A stretch of 54,804 nt of DNA, the filler included, from Dimargaris cristalligena (taxonomy: Eukaryota): assembly GCA_003614675.1 (NCBI GenBank). It is 4 parts of 4 records of this genome, joined end to end, with 100 filler letters (N's around TTAATTAATTAA, not from the genome) between each part and the next. Parts side by side here need not be neighbours in the genome. Positions count along the whole stretch, not along the records: positions 27,588 to 41,157 come from ML002983.1; positions 41,258 to 54,804 come from ML002984.1; 2 more parts are not named here. One strand, given 5' to 3'. The notes beneath the pieces are model-generated. The model did no database searches and was not told the origin of the DNA. It worked only from the letters and a program-made list of their open reading frames with translations. Numbering within the stretch: the stretch's first letter is position 1; every line of letters begins with the position of its first letter. Positions 36,884-47,937 of the stretch are shown in pieces. A program made the translations under genes and the position numbers.

Positions 36884-39800
36884 ATGCAAGTCGAACCGTG
36901 GAAAGCGCTGGTCCATTCTTTAGCCGACTCTCTGGGGCAAGAACCCACCGAGGAGGTGCTGGCCAAAGTAACCGCTGGTTTAAAAGCCCTGGTCGCCCAA
37001 TTCCAAAGTAAGGCCATTCCTTTTGTAAAGTCCCCTCGACTCACCTTAGGTGCTGAGCTAGGGGGCAGTCCGTACGAGTTGGCTGTTTACATGTGGGTCG
37101 TTGGCCCCGATTCCTTTGGCGCTATAGGCTATAGCCTCCGCCAACCCGCCTAAACGCATTCAGCATACCCACCCATATATCCTTATATATATATATATCT
37201 ATTTAAATGTTCTTGCTTTAAAAACCACCCCCAGGCAGTTCCATAGGCCCGGATTTTGATAGTATCAGGTCGTATACCCTCATGAGTATCCCCTTGACTG
37301 GCTTCTTTGCCCTGCTGTCGAGCCCAAGCAACCCTTTGATTGAAGGCGTTACCAAGATCCTTCACTATCTCCTTCGGCCTGAAAGCTACCACGCCTTGGA
37401 CAAGGACTTCTCGGTAAGCCCTTTTTGATCCATCTGTTATTCTAACCCCGCACCCGAGAATGTACTACCATGTACATCCATATGCCCGTCTCATAATCCT
37501 CCCCGTAAATATGACGCTGGTATAATTCCACAACCAACTATGCATATAGGATTACCTAACCGAGGGCCTTCAGCACCCCAATCCGTCAGTGCAGCTACTC
37601 GCCCTAGAGCAGCTCCGGAAATACAAGTCCTCGGAGGGACCAGTAAGTAATGCCCCACTTAATTTAATACCCAGGTTCCGCCCTGCCTAAGGCATTGCTT
37701 AGTTGTATCGAACTATATAAATAGGGGTCGAGTCGACAGCGATCCCGTTGTGTAGAGCCCGCACCCACTAGTGGCTAATTGCGCTACCTCCATTACCTCT
37801 ACTTCTTATATTTGTTAGTTCGGGGGGAAATATATCCCCTGGATCCTATTACTTTTGTCGTCCCAAAACGTGGATGTAGTCAGAGCGAGCGAGGATGTAC
37901 TGGTCAATGTAAGTAAGACGTGTCAACCTAGGTCTGGAGAGAGCGTTAGGGAGTCCATACGTAGATTCATTCGGATGGTCTTTGACAGTATTTTTACCTA
38001 TTTTGCTTAGTTTATATATACTAAATTAGACCAGGAACTATGTCACGCTAATGCCGCCCCCTATAGTATTACACTTTGTATCTATTCGATATATTTCATA
38101 ACAGGTTGCCCAAACCCCCGATAACTTACACCTCGTATTTGCCACCGAAAATCAAGAGGCCATGGCCCCCATGATGAAAGAGTAGGTGGTTTTTTTTACA
38201 ATCTCATCAGTTACCAGACGGAATATCAACTGTGCCACCGGGTCGTACATTGCTAATTATGCCAGCATCACTTTAAAATCCTAATTGCCAACTCTATATA
38301 CCCCTCACCTTCCGTGGCCATTTGATTATACAATCCCACCAGCTCGACAATCCGGTTCCGTGTGTATGACCTCTTCGTCGGGATCAGTCTGGCATCACCG
38401 GAAGCCCTGGAAATTTGCTCGCACTATGGTATTTTGGGCGAGTTATGCGCCGAGGCTCAGTCCCCCGACTTGCTCCGACGCCTCAGCGCCCTGGACATTT
38501 ACCAAAAGGTAAAGTGTGATATTCTACCTAACATGTATTATTATCCAACCGGGTGATATTGTGGAACTCACCAACCGCTAACCCTCCTTAGGACTACCGG
38601 CACCGCATTATTAACACCGCGCCTGGATTTGCCTTTCATTCCGTTGCCATTCCATTGCTTTTGCTATTGTTGTTATATGTTAATAGCTGGCCCACTCGCC
38701 CGAGGGATTTGCGTACATGCAATCCAAATTTGTATTCAGCCCCTACCTCGATCTAATGTCAAAAGAGACCGAATCAAGCGATATCCAAATCACCTTAGTT
38801 AGCTGCTCGACCATCGAGTTCTTTGCCAAGTTTATTGACTACCAGGTAATAATTGCCTATTCGCGATTTTTTATAACAACAGACTATGTCCTGTGCGAAA
38901 TCCCCCTCACCCATAGTCTCTCCACTAAACTATGTCTTGGACCCAATGTAACCCATCCTTTTGCATCACTATTACCTTATAGCATGTTGATTTTGCCGAG
39001 TTTCAAGCCGAAACCTTGCTATTTGACGTCATGGGCAAACTGCTCAACTCGGATAACTCGGACATTAAGGTATGTCAATCAAAATCTGGTGTATTCAATA
39101 TACCCAATCAACTGCTAAGCTCGCTCGTTATAGCCAACACTGCCCCCCCCCCCTTTGTTGAATACAAGCATTAATCAGGCTTCTTACTTTCCCTTAACTG
39201 AACCTTAGAGCTCCGCGGTAATGGCTCTTGGCCATATTGGTTCGCAGCCCAGGGGCCTTTCCCTGGTGGCGCAACATCCAAGCCACTTACTCGACCGCCT
39301 GGCCGAAGAATACAACGATGCCTGGCAGAAATACACGCTAGCCTGTTTACAGGCAATCGCACTTATTTTCGAGGCTGGGTAAATACACTTTATGAGCTTT
39401 AGAATTGCAATGCCTTACTTATCCGTTATTAGACATCGATACCAATGTGCCAATATAGGCGGGTCCTCGCACGAAGTAGTCGCCAAATAACTGGTTCGCA
39501 AATCCTTACTAACTGGTCCTCTGAGATATTTCCTGAACATTTTTTGGTTGCCATTTTCCCTATTAGGAATGACAATAGTTTAGAGATTGCCCAAATTACT
39601 GAGCAATTCTACTCCCGCATTGACAGTAAGTCGAATTAATCATACATTGGCCACATTTAAATGCCAATTGCATTGTAGATCTTCCCAGGCGCCATTTCAA
39701 ACACACTAGCCTACGGCTTTAGTTTTTTTAGAAGGATTCCCCAATATCTGAATCTTTAATTATCTAACAGCTTATTATCATTTAATTAACATCCTAACCC

Positions 39801-40562
39801 TTGACATTAGAATCTCGTGCACTTGGCGAGTGGGTCAAGTACGCTAAGCAAGATACCGCGGACGCCAGCCCCTTTTGCCTACGGCTGCTCACAGCAATGG
39901 CTGGATATACCTGGGGTCGAAAGGTAGGTAGACTCACAGCTGGCTGTTATGTACTTCTTTATTACACTATGTTCGCATTCAGCCCCAGTGTACCGCGATT
40001 ATTATTTTTTCGAAGCGGATGCAATGAACCTTATAATAGTACTTCGACGTATTAACCCTCCGACTGCTGAATGAATGCTTCCCTGGCTTTTATCCCATCG
40101 TGAAAATATGGAAATATATAATTACCTAGGAAATGCTCGCCAACCATTTGTTTATGGCATACCTGTTTAATCGATCAGCTAACCGTGCCCACGATCGTAA
40201 GGTAAAGTATCTCCTGCTTAGAATATAGCGTCGATTGACGATACTTTAAATTACTTGCTCTTTAGAGGATATTCTAGCTAAGATCTTTGGTTAGATACGA
40301 ATGTCCCATTGACTTCACAACGGGTGCCGTGCCATTATAGCTAATCATGAACTATATATCTATATATCAAATCACCGATCACAATTAAATGGGTGTAAAC
40401 ATACAGGTCCAAAAGCACCAGTTGGTCGAACGCCTCTATATGATGGACCATGCCCACCCGGTATTCGACGAAAATGTTCACCAAGTCTTAGCTAGATATA
40501 TCAAAGATGGCGCATTTTATATCCCTGCCGAAGCTGCGGTGGCTAGTCAAAGCAGCCAATAG
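36884..40562 (+). CDS. PSMD5: 26S proteasome regulatory-particle assembly chaperone S5b/PSMD5 (Hsm3-like), 13 exons
   Basis: Spliced by hand through GT-AG introns with consistent phase. Segments EGLQHPNPSVQLLALEQL, IRFRVYDLFVGISLASPEALEIC..DLLRRLSALD..LAHSPEGFAYM, ALGHIGSQPRGL and C-terminal YIKDGAFYIPAEAAVASQ resemble PSMD5. Stop TAG at 40560-40562. Confidence 0.82.
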
Positions 40563-41018
40563 TTCCCATGATCCCTTTATTTTCAGACCCCGAAAATCAA
40601 GCATATGCGGATTATAACTTGGTGTGCACTACGGCCTTATCCTATTAATTGTAAAAGTACCTAGTGATGGCATATAGTGGCTTAAAGCAATGTCATTAAT
40701 TGGTGACTGTTGCGAGGGCCAGTGCTATATTAACAACACGCTTCCCATGAATGCGAGATTTCTCCAAATCAAGTAGTTTCTCAATAAATCACCTATCTTG
40801 ACAATATAGTTTGAGTATAATTATTCCAGGCTCAATAAAACTATGAACTAGTAGCTAGATTTGGGGGGGTGACTGTCCAGCTTACTGGGATCCTCAAGAA
40901 TTATGGTTAAATACCCATCAAGTAAGTAAGAAGCCTGCTGCATCTGACCTTCAATGGAATATAGGCAAAAAATTAGATCATACTAAATAAATGTATCATA
41001 GTCAAAATCAAAAATGAA

Positions 41019-41091
41019 TGCTCATTGGGAGGCTCGAACTCCCGACCTTCAGATTATGAGACTGACGCTCTGCCAACTGAGCCAAACGAGC
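41019..41091 (-). tRNA. tRNA-Met(CAT), elongator type, intronless
   Basis: Reverse complement GCTCGTTTGGCTCAGTTGGCAGAGCGTCAGTCTCATAATCTGAAGGTCGGGAGTTCGAGCCTCCCAATGAGCA. 7-bp acceptor stem, anticodon loop CT-CAT-AA, GTTCGA T-loop and a downstream TTTTT Pol III terminator. Lacks the initiator A1-U72 pair and the three G-C anticodon-stem pairs. Confidence 0.95.
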
Positions 41092-41157
41092 ATCTTGTTA
41101 TGTGTTGTGCAATAGCAGGAGAATAGTGAAAAGGAAAGTTTAAACAGTAATAAACGT

Positions 41158-41257
41158 NNNNNNNNNNNNNNNNNNNNNNNNNNNNNNNNNNNNNNNNNNN
41201 NTTAATTAATTAANNNNNNNNNNNNNNNNNNNNNNNNNNNNNNNNNNNNNNNNNNNN
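41158..41257. other. Artificial contig spacer (N44-TTAATTAATTAA-N44)
   Basis: Same 100-bp linker design. Confidence 0.98.
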
Positions 41258-41700
41258 CAGGGGCAGGGGCTCATTCACTCATCAGGGGTGTACTTCCGAT
41301 AAGTGCGAAAAATAGATAAAAAATAAAAGTAGGTAAAAAATGTGGTAAGTTCACCACAATCACCCATTCTGAATTTTCAAACTCATTTCTAATATTCCTT
41401 GAACTTGATGACAACTTTTTTACTGATTATTAATTACCAACTCCATTGTTCTATTATTTCTCAATAAACTTTGACACTCCTTATTTATCCCCCCTAATCC
41501 CCATCTGGTTTACTAATCACCCACCCCTCTGTGCCCCCAACATGATGACACCCAACTCTGCCCCTGTCTCATCTAACTCCACAAACCTCCCATCTTCTGC
41601 CACTAGGGAGCTGGCTGCTGTGACTTCAGGCAGTGTTGATAAAGAGGCCACTGCCTCCTTGCAAATCCCAAAGGCTGCTAGTAATAGGCTGGACATCCCA

Positions 41701-42103
41701 GGTAGTATAGGTGCAAGTATACAGAGAGTTTATTAGGGTAAACTATGGGGGTAAGAATAAGCTAAGGAGTCTAACCAGTCCCAAGGGGTCCAGTTATATA
41801 TATGTGGGGACAGCTCTTAAGGGAGGTCCTAAGGGGGGATACTACTAGACAATAGTATAGATAAATAGGCTGACTGGATGGGCTTCATGTTTGGAAGACT
41901 CTTATGGGAACCAGAAGAGTCTTCAGATCAGCAGGATAAGAGTTTTGTACAAAGTGTTAGGGGCCAGAAGGAGAAGGGTTATATAACAAATGATGATCCC
42001 ATAGTGCTGGGAGTGACCATGGGAGGGTTAATATGGTGCTATAAGGCCTAATAAAGGCAGACAATTGTTAAGTCTGGATTAGGTCAGATTAGAAGGGCTG
42101 ACA
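41701..42103 (-). mobile_element. Truncated LTR copy (same family as 14015-14598)
   Basis: Collinear with ~14195-14598 (GAGTTTATT, GAATAAGCTAA, GGGAACCAGAAGAG, GAAGGAGAAGGGTTATATAA, GACCATGGGAGGGTTA). Ends GGGCTGACA at 42103. Left boundary approximate. Confidence 0.82.
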
Positions 42104-42131
42104 CCTGGTATTTATATTAGTGTATTGATCC

Positions 42132-42707
42132 TGTTGGCCCTTCTAATCCAGCTTAATCTAGACATAATGCTGGATCATCCTTATTAAGCCTTATAATGTC
42201 ATATTTACCTTCCCATAGTCACACCTGGTACTATGGGATCCTCCTATATTATATAACCCTTCTCCTTCTAGACTCTGGAGTCCCATCATTCACCCCTGAG
42301 CTAATCTAATGACTCTTCCAGTTCCCAGCTAAGTCTTCCATGGCCCTATACCATCTGGTTAGCTAGTCATCTATCAGTAGTCTTAGTAGTATCTTCCTTC
42401 AGGGACCTCCCTTTGGAGTAATCCCCCACATATATATAACTGGCCCCACTGGGACCAGTTAAACAGCAGCTTATTTATATCCCCCAGTTTACCTCAAATA
42501 AACTCTATATAGGCCCATCCCTTTGTACTAACTAGTAAGTGTGCCTACTGCACACCCCTTACATATTCCAGTGCTTATCCTTTATTAGTTAGTACTGTAT
42601 CCCATCCTAATGCTAGCAGCCCACTTAGCTGAGTCTAAGCCCCACCTACTGCTAGAAGCCTATCCCTAGGACTCTTGACAGACTAAGAGTAGTTAACCCG
42701 GGTGACA
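42132..42707 (+). mobile_element. Full-length solo LTR (576 bp), inverted relative to its neighbour
   Basis: Termini TGTTG...TGACA; reverse-complement homolog of 14015-14598. TATATATAA near 42431 and AATAAA near 42497. Flanks GATCC/CTTCC match only 3/5. No PBS or PPT seen. Confidence 0.82.
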
Positions 42708-43135
42708 CTTCCAAGCAACAAATTGTGTTAATACTGAGTTCAGTAATCCCTAATGCACAATACTATTATAAGCTGTTCATAAATAGTCAAATTAGAAAAA
42801 AAAGTAAGTGAGTTGGGCTAAGTGATCAATAGTCTATACTTTGTGAAAAATAAAGGCCAGCTGTTACAGCATCTTACTACAAACCGGAGTAAGTTCATTT
42901 GCCAACATCCAGGCATGGTTGGTGTATGGCAATGAAACACTGCGGGGGCACTTTAACCCTATGTTCTCCCGATACCTAGGGATAGTTGAGGGGGGGGCAT
43001 TGGGGTAATTGTAATGGTTGATTAAAATTTATAATACAGTCATGGGATGATTTTACTTTTTGCGAAGCATGTAACATGTACAAGTAATAAGTACTTTTAG
43101 AGAAAGAGAAATGAGGAGGAGGAAGGGTTAATATC

Positions 43136-44101
43136 CTAGTCGTAAGTATAACACAAGGTGTCATGGGCCGTCGTGTTGAGGACATCTCTGACCCGCAAAT
43201 CACCGAACCCGTCGATAAAATCATCGGGTGAAACCGGGGTTCCGTTTTTAAGTGCCCCATTGTATTCCGCGAAGCGGGCCCCGGAGGGATCACGTTCCAT
43301 CCAGTCATTCCACAGCTTGTCCATGTAAGCGTGGTGGAGAAAGAAGAGTAAATCGTTGGGAGCATAGGGAGAGCTCATATCACCGTCGATACTGGTATGG
43401 ACCAACCAGTGCGGGGGTTCAAAAAGGGCGCGGAATTCGGCGTAGGTGCGACTGGACGTGAGCCACAGCTCAATGGTGGTTTGCTCAAACCAGGTGGACA
43501 TGCGATTAGGGCCCTTATCAAAACGGCGACGCAAACAAGGGGTAGTAGTAGTAGTAGTATCATCGGTGGTTGGAAACTGGTACGAGGTGTAAAATACCGG
43601 CAGTGGGGCCAGGGCCCCGTCGGGCACGCACCGGTGGGGACCCACCCCGTCACCACCTAACCATGTGGGACCGCCCTGGAAGACGGGACTCGTTTCGGGG
43701 TACAGGCCGTGCTCGGCCCAATTCCAGTAGGGCAGATCGGCGCGGGGGTCGATGCGGTGTAAGGCGTACTGGTATTCGGCAAGGAACGGACGGTGCCAGG
43801 GGAAGATGATGGCCCCTTCGTGGATGCTTTCGTGGTGGTGGGCGTGTTTGTTGACAATGTAGTCGAACCGGTTGGGTCGGCTACTGCGGGGATCGTTGAG
43901 GCGGGCATGGGCGGTTAGGAAGATGGCTCGGTCGGCCTCGGACATGTGGACGAAGGAACGGCGAACGGCGATGCGGTCACATCGACCGTGGACCTGGGGA
44001 AGGTTGAGGCATTGCAGGAAGAGGAGAGGGAGTAGGTGGAGAAGCAGGGTAAAGGGCCGGGTGAGAGACGCTGGGGAAATACGGGGGCTTAGAGGAGCCA
44101 T
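43136..44101 (-). CDS. Tyrosinase-like type-3 copper protein, probably secreted
   Basis: ATG at 44101 then a hydrophobic signal-like stretch. CuA region NKH..IH..IFPWHR, LPYWNW, CLRR, CuB EPPHWLVH..PNDLLFFLHHAYMD, terminal LCYTYD. Intronless. Confidence 0.9.
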   Translation of the reverse strand: MAPLSPRISPASLTRPFTLLLHLLPLLFLQCLNLPQVHGRCDRIAVRRSFVHMSEADRAIFLTAHARLNDPRSSRPNRFDYIVNKHAHHHESIHEGAIIFPWHRPFLAEYQYALHRIDPRADLPYWNWAEHGLYPETSPVFQGGPTWLGGDGVGPHRCVPDGALAPLPVFYTSYQFPTTDDTTTTTTPCLRRRFDKGPNRMSTWFEQTTIELWLTSSRTYAEFRALFEPPHWLVHTSIDGDMSSPYAPNDLLFFLHHAYMDKLWNDWMERDPSGARFAEYNGALKNGTPVSPDDFIDGFGDLRVRDVLNTTAHDTLCYTYD

Positions 44102-44908
44102 AGTCGGACTAGAGTAAAAAATGGCCGGGGCGATATATATTAAGAGTATCCCGTACTGTCCAACAATGGCGGGATAGTTTGGTAATAATTCAAGCAATGC
44201 CCGCAAAAACCCCGGTAAGCTCCACTACTGGAGTAATAACAAGTAAAGTCGGCTAACAATTGCCAACGGATATCAATATTTAATATATAATGTCGTGAAG
44301 TAGGTGTAACAAAGAGCAAATTATCGGAATAGAAAATAAAATTAAGATAGCAAGGTGGCTAGTCAAGTGCGGGGTTTTTTATAGTTATGGGGTATTGCCA
44401 GTTGCCCTGAATGAACCCCACAGCTGCCAGTACCATCCGCTCCTCTCCAACAGGATACGAAATACCTGACAATCTTTTATATGGTCGGGCCAGTTCGGAA
44501 GCCCAATAATCGACTACATGGAGAGAGTTGTGCACATCCACCATGATAGACGGGCAATCGTCTCGTGTATTAGTAAAGGGATATTATATATTTAGTGCTT
44601 TGGAGTGGACTGCGGCTCAGCCTTTTAAGGGCCAAGCTCTGGGAGGGGTGTCTTATTGAACCTTATTAAAAGGAAGCGCCCAAACAGTCCTGTGACATTG
44701 AAAAAGCCGCGCTCCAGCTCACCGACCCGTATAGTTTTACCAGGGGAAGGACAGGCACCTTTTGCAAAGGTAGCGATGCTGTGTTTGGCTAGTCTATGAA
44801 GTTGGTAGGCTTTTTCCATATAGCTGCGAAGATTTGCCCTTTAAAGCGAAGGAATCCCTTTCTTGGTACTAATTCTATTGCTCTTATTTCGCTCATTTCG
44901 TTTTCCCC

Positions 44909-45339
44909 ATGGACGACATGCTCGACTCGTTACTGGAAAAGAGCGTATTGGCCTTGGAACAAGAACAGCTGCAGGTAAAGTACGCCTTCTGTGTGCAACG
45001 GTTCATTGTGGTATATCCTCTCCCACCCAAGGGCGAACAAGAGGTCGCCTGCATTCACTCTCTGTATATAGAATTTGCATTCACTCTCTCTATGTATAAT
45101 AGTTGACGGGCTTAAATATTCATCCGCGTACTTTTTCATTCTGATTCCAACTTGGTTTTCACGAAACCTCTTGCTGTTGTTAGCTCGACCAGACTCTGGC
45201 TGCTTGTGAACTGGCTTACCAATCGCTCCAGCAGGTCCACCGCGAATTGACCGCTGCCGGTGCCGAGTCCCCCGTGCTCGATGACCCCCGTACCAAAGTC
45301 CAACAGGTGGCCGCTTCCCTTCAGACGGTTTTCCCCTGA
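44909..45339 (+). CDS. Putative 73-aa two-exon helical microprotein
   Basis: Exon 1 44909-44974 (CAG|GTAAAG) and exon 2 45184-45339 (after TTGTTAG), phase 0. Product MDDMLDSLLEKSVLALEQEQLQLDQTLAACELAYQSLQQVHRELTAAGAESPVLDDPRTKVQQVAASLQTVFP. Confidence 0.65.
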
Positions 45340-45809
45340 CTCGCTGCTACCATGCTTAAATAAGCGGAGACCTTTCTATATGAGCACACCCAGTCACGCA
45401 CATACACATATACCCCTCTATAAGCACATTATTAATAACACGTGGATGATGGGGCCAGTCTTTTAGGTGTCTTTAATTTATGGTTTTTAGCACATGAAGG
45501 AGGAGAACCACTCCATTAGAACGAGATATGAATGACTGAAACCAAAAAGGTATTTATATATAAAAAAACGGTATAAGATAATTGTACATGGGAGTCTAGG
45601 TTGTGGGGAATTACCACCAGGCGGTTCCCCGAAAAAAGAAATGGATACCAATGCGGAGCCCAAGCGGAGTTTTCTTTACGGTCCAACAGTGAATCGTCGT
45701 TGCTACATAAGGAAGGGCGAGGGGATCGTAAAAACGCCGTTCTTACGAAAACTGTCGTAAACTTTACTGTTTCAGTCTCGCATATATATTATTTTTGCCG
45801 GAAGGAGAG

Positions 45810-46496
45810 CTACCAGAAATGGGACTCGAGGTGGGAGCGGACCGCGGACTTTTCCTGGGATTGGGCCCCGGCAACCTCAAGTGGAGGCAGGCGCAGAAGC
45901 GGCCGCATTTGAAGTCGGCGGAGTGGGGATACGGCCGGCACTTCCTCTTCGCACTCTTGGGCCCGCGCTTTACTCCGCTCCAGAGCCCGTTCGGCGGGGT
46001 TGAGGGGTAGGTGCAACTGGTGGACCAAGACGCGGGCATCGGTCGAATTGGGTAGCGAATGAATGGGGGAGTTGTGGGGAAGGGGAAGGTGAGGAAATAG
46101 GGGCGTGAAATAAGAAGGGGGAACCATTGCCCGACGTGGTATCGGGTAGGGCTCAAACCGGGTTGCGGCAGGTGGTGGGGGCGGCGGGCTTCGCCGACCG
46201 GGGGCCATTGGTACAGCATTGGGGGAGAAGGAGATGGGTGGTTGCTGTTGGTGGTGGTGGGGCCGGGCCACCGGGGTTCCTGGGGCACTTTGGCGCAGCC
46301 GCCGGTCGCCCCGGCTGGTGGTGGCGGGTACCGAAGCTAGGGGGGGCGAAGCAGCCCGGAAAGGGCGCTGGGAATAGGCCCCCCCGGGGTGGCCGCTCCA
46401 GCGTGGGGGGTAATTTGGTTTGGACATTGGAAACGGAGGTGGAGAGCGTTGGGAAGGGATAGTTTGGGAGGACAGGCTCAGTGCAGCAATAGACAT
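45810..46496 (-). CDS. Hypothetical Pro-rich protein (228 aa)
   Basis: ATG-initiated GC-rich ORF within AT-richer flanks. Low-complexity N-terminus and a charged helical segment AERALERSKARAQECEEE. No recognised domain. Confidence 0.6.
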   Translation of the reverse strand: MSIAALSLSSQTIPSQRSPPPFPMSKPNYPPRWSGHPGGAYSQRPFRAASPPLASVPATTSRGDRRLRQSAPGTPVARPHHHQQQPPISFSPNAVPMAPGRRSPPPPPPAATRFEPYPIPRRAMVPPSYFTPLFPHLPLPHNSPIHSLPNSTDARVLVHQLHLPLNPAERALERSKARAQECEEEVPAVSPLRRLQMRPLLRLPPLEVAGAQSQEKSAVRSHLESHFW

Positions 46497-47260
46497 GATA
46501 ATAAGGACAAGGTAGGTATGTAGAATATATGATTAATGCAGAGAAGGGGGATGCTAGTAGGCTAGGCCCAAGATAAAGATGAACAGTAGATGTTTAATGG
46601 CAAAGTGTCAAGTCAAAAGCAATTGGGGAGGGACGTTGTTCGGTTAAATATCGAACTGGTGGTGGTGGTGATACTGACCGTCCTTAATGGGGGGTGGCCG
46701 TAGTAATGCCTGCGTTGGGCCAAGGGGAGAATATACGGCCGTTTTTGCCTCCCCTATTCGATAATCGGACGATGTGATCGCAGAAAAGGTCTCTTGGCTT
46801 GGGTTGGTCAAGTGCTTGGTTGTGCGCAACACTGAACAGTAAGACAGAGTGCACTCCAAAGTAATACATGGAATGCCGACCATCGAGAGAGATAAAAGGC
46901 GAGGATATAATGTCTTCTCTCCTACAGACACAGGGACTTGTCTCCAACGTGGAAATCTGAGTACCTGTCGAGGTGACACCCAGGCCCGACCCTCGCATTC
47001 GCAAAGTGACTACCTTGCGCCTGACAATACACACTGGTAAAAAAAGGTAACACCCCGCTGCGCTATATTTAGCTCTGGTCGCTTCCAAGTCGCTGCGATT
47101 TTTTGGGGGGGGAGATCACATTGGCCCAGACGGGGTGACATTTATCCGTAGGTCGACAGATATAATTGAATATAATCGTTGGTCGATTTCAAGCGCCTTA
47201 GATCCGTCAAATCCGATATAGTTACTCGTGTGCACCATCTATGTTTGAGCGGCATGTTAT

Positions 47261-47280
47261 GGTAGTAATAGTAGTAGTAA

Positions 47281-47311
<31 letters not shown>
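47261..47311. repeat. (GTA/TAG)n microsatellite
   Basis: Imperfect trinucleotide run. Other simple repeats: (CT)n ~1373-1392, (CTA)n ~7707-7732, (TA)n ~26000-26020, (AAT)n ~28113-28139, (GA)n ~29618-29648 and (CCTGGA)4 ~49529-49553. Confidence 0.9.
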
Positions 47312-47312
<1 letters not shown>

Positions 47313-47937
47313 TATCTGACGACTGTTTCAGCCTTGGGAGACTGTATCCACCGCCCTATCAAATTCTATATTCGAAGCCAACGGGGAGAGGGATTGGCGG
47401 CTGTGCGAGCACCAGCTGACAGGGTGGACCCCGCTTGGTGGCCAGCTGGGGCGCATGACCACCACCAAGCCGCCATTAGCTGTAGGATACCCTCCTTATC
47501 TTGCTGTGCCAATTGTGCCTTTTATTCAACCCACTGCTTCTAATAGAGTTGACTCAGAAACAAAGGAGAGGAAGGAAGGAGGGATACAAACAGCTTTACT
47601 CCCTTCCACGTCAGCCGTTTCTTACGGACCGTGAATTTCCCTCTTTCTATTTCTCTCTAATTCCCTCTAATTCTCCCAGCCTAAACTCAGGGACTTTAAT
47701 AGCCAAGAGGTATACTAGGAGAACCGGCCTTGGTTAACTTCCCCGCTCACTTCCCCTTCTGACCACCTTTCTTCATTGCATTGCCTTTCGGCCCAGTTTC
47801 CTTATATATATATATTTCATTCCCTTAAGGCTGTCTTTGCTATCCTTTCTTATCCCCGCCCTCACAGTCTCTCTTTTTCATTCTCTCCATCTTCCCTGTT
47901 CTTTTCACCTCCCACCCGCTCGACCGTCGCACAGGCC

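Noticed and set aside
41019..42707. LTRs apparently inserted upstream of the tRNA-Met gene (Ty3-like Pol III targeting)
   Set aside because: The tRNA and the LTRs lie on different contigs separated by an artificial spacer.
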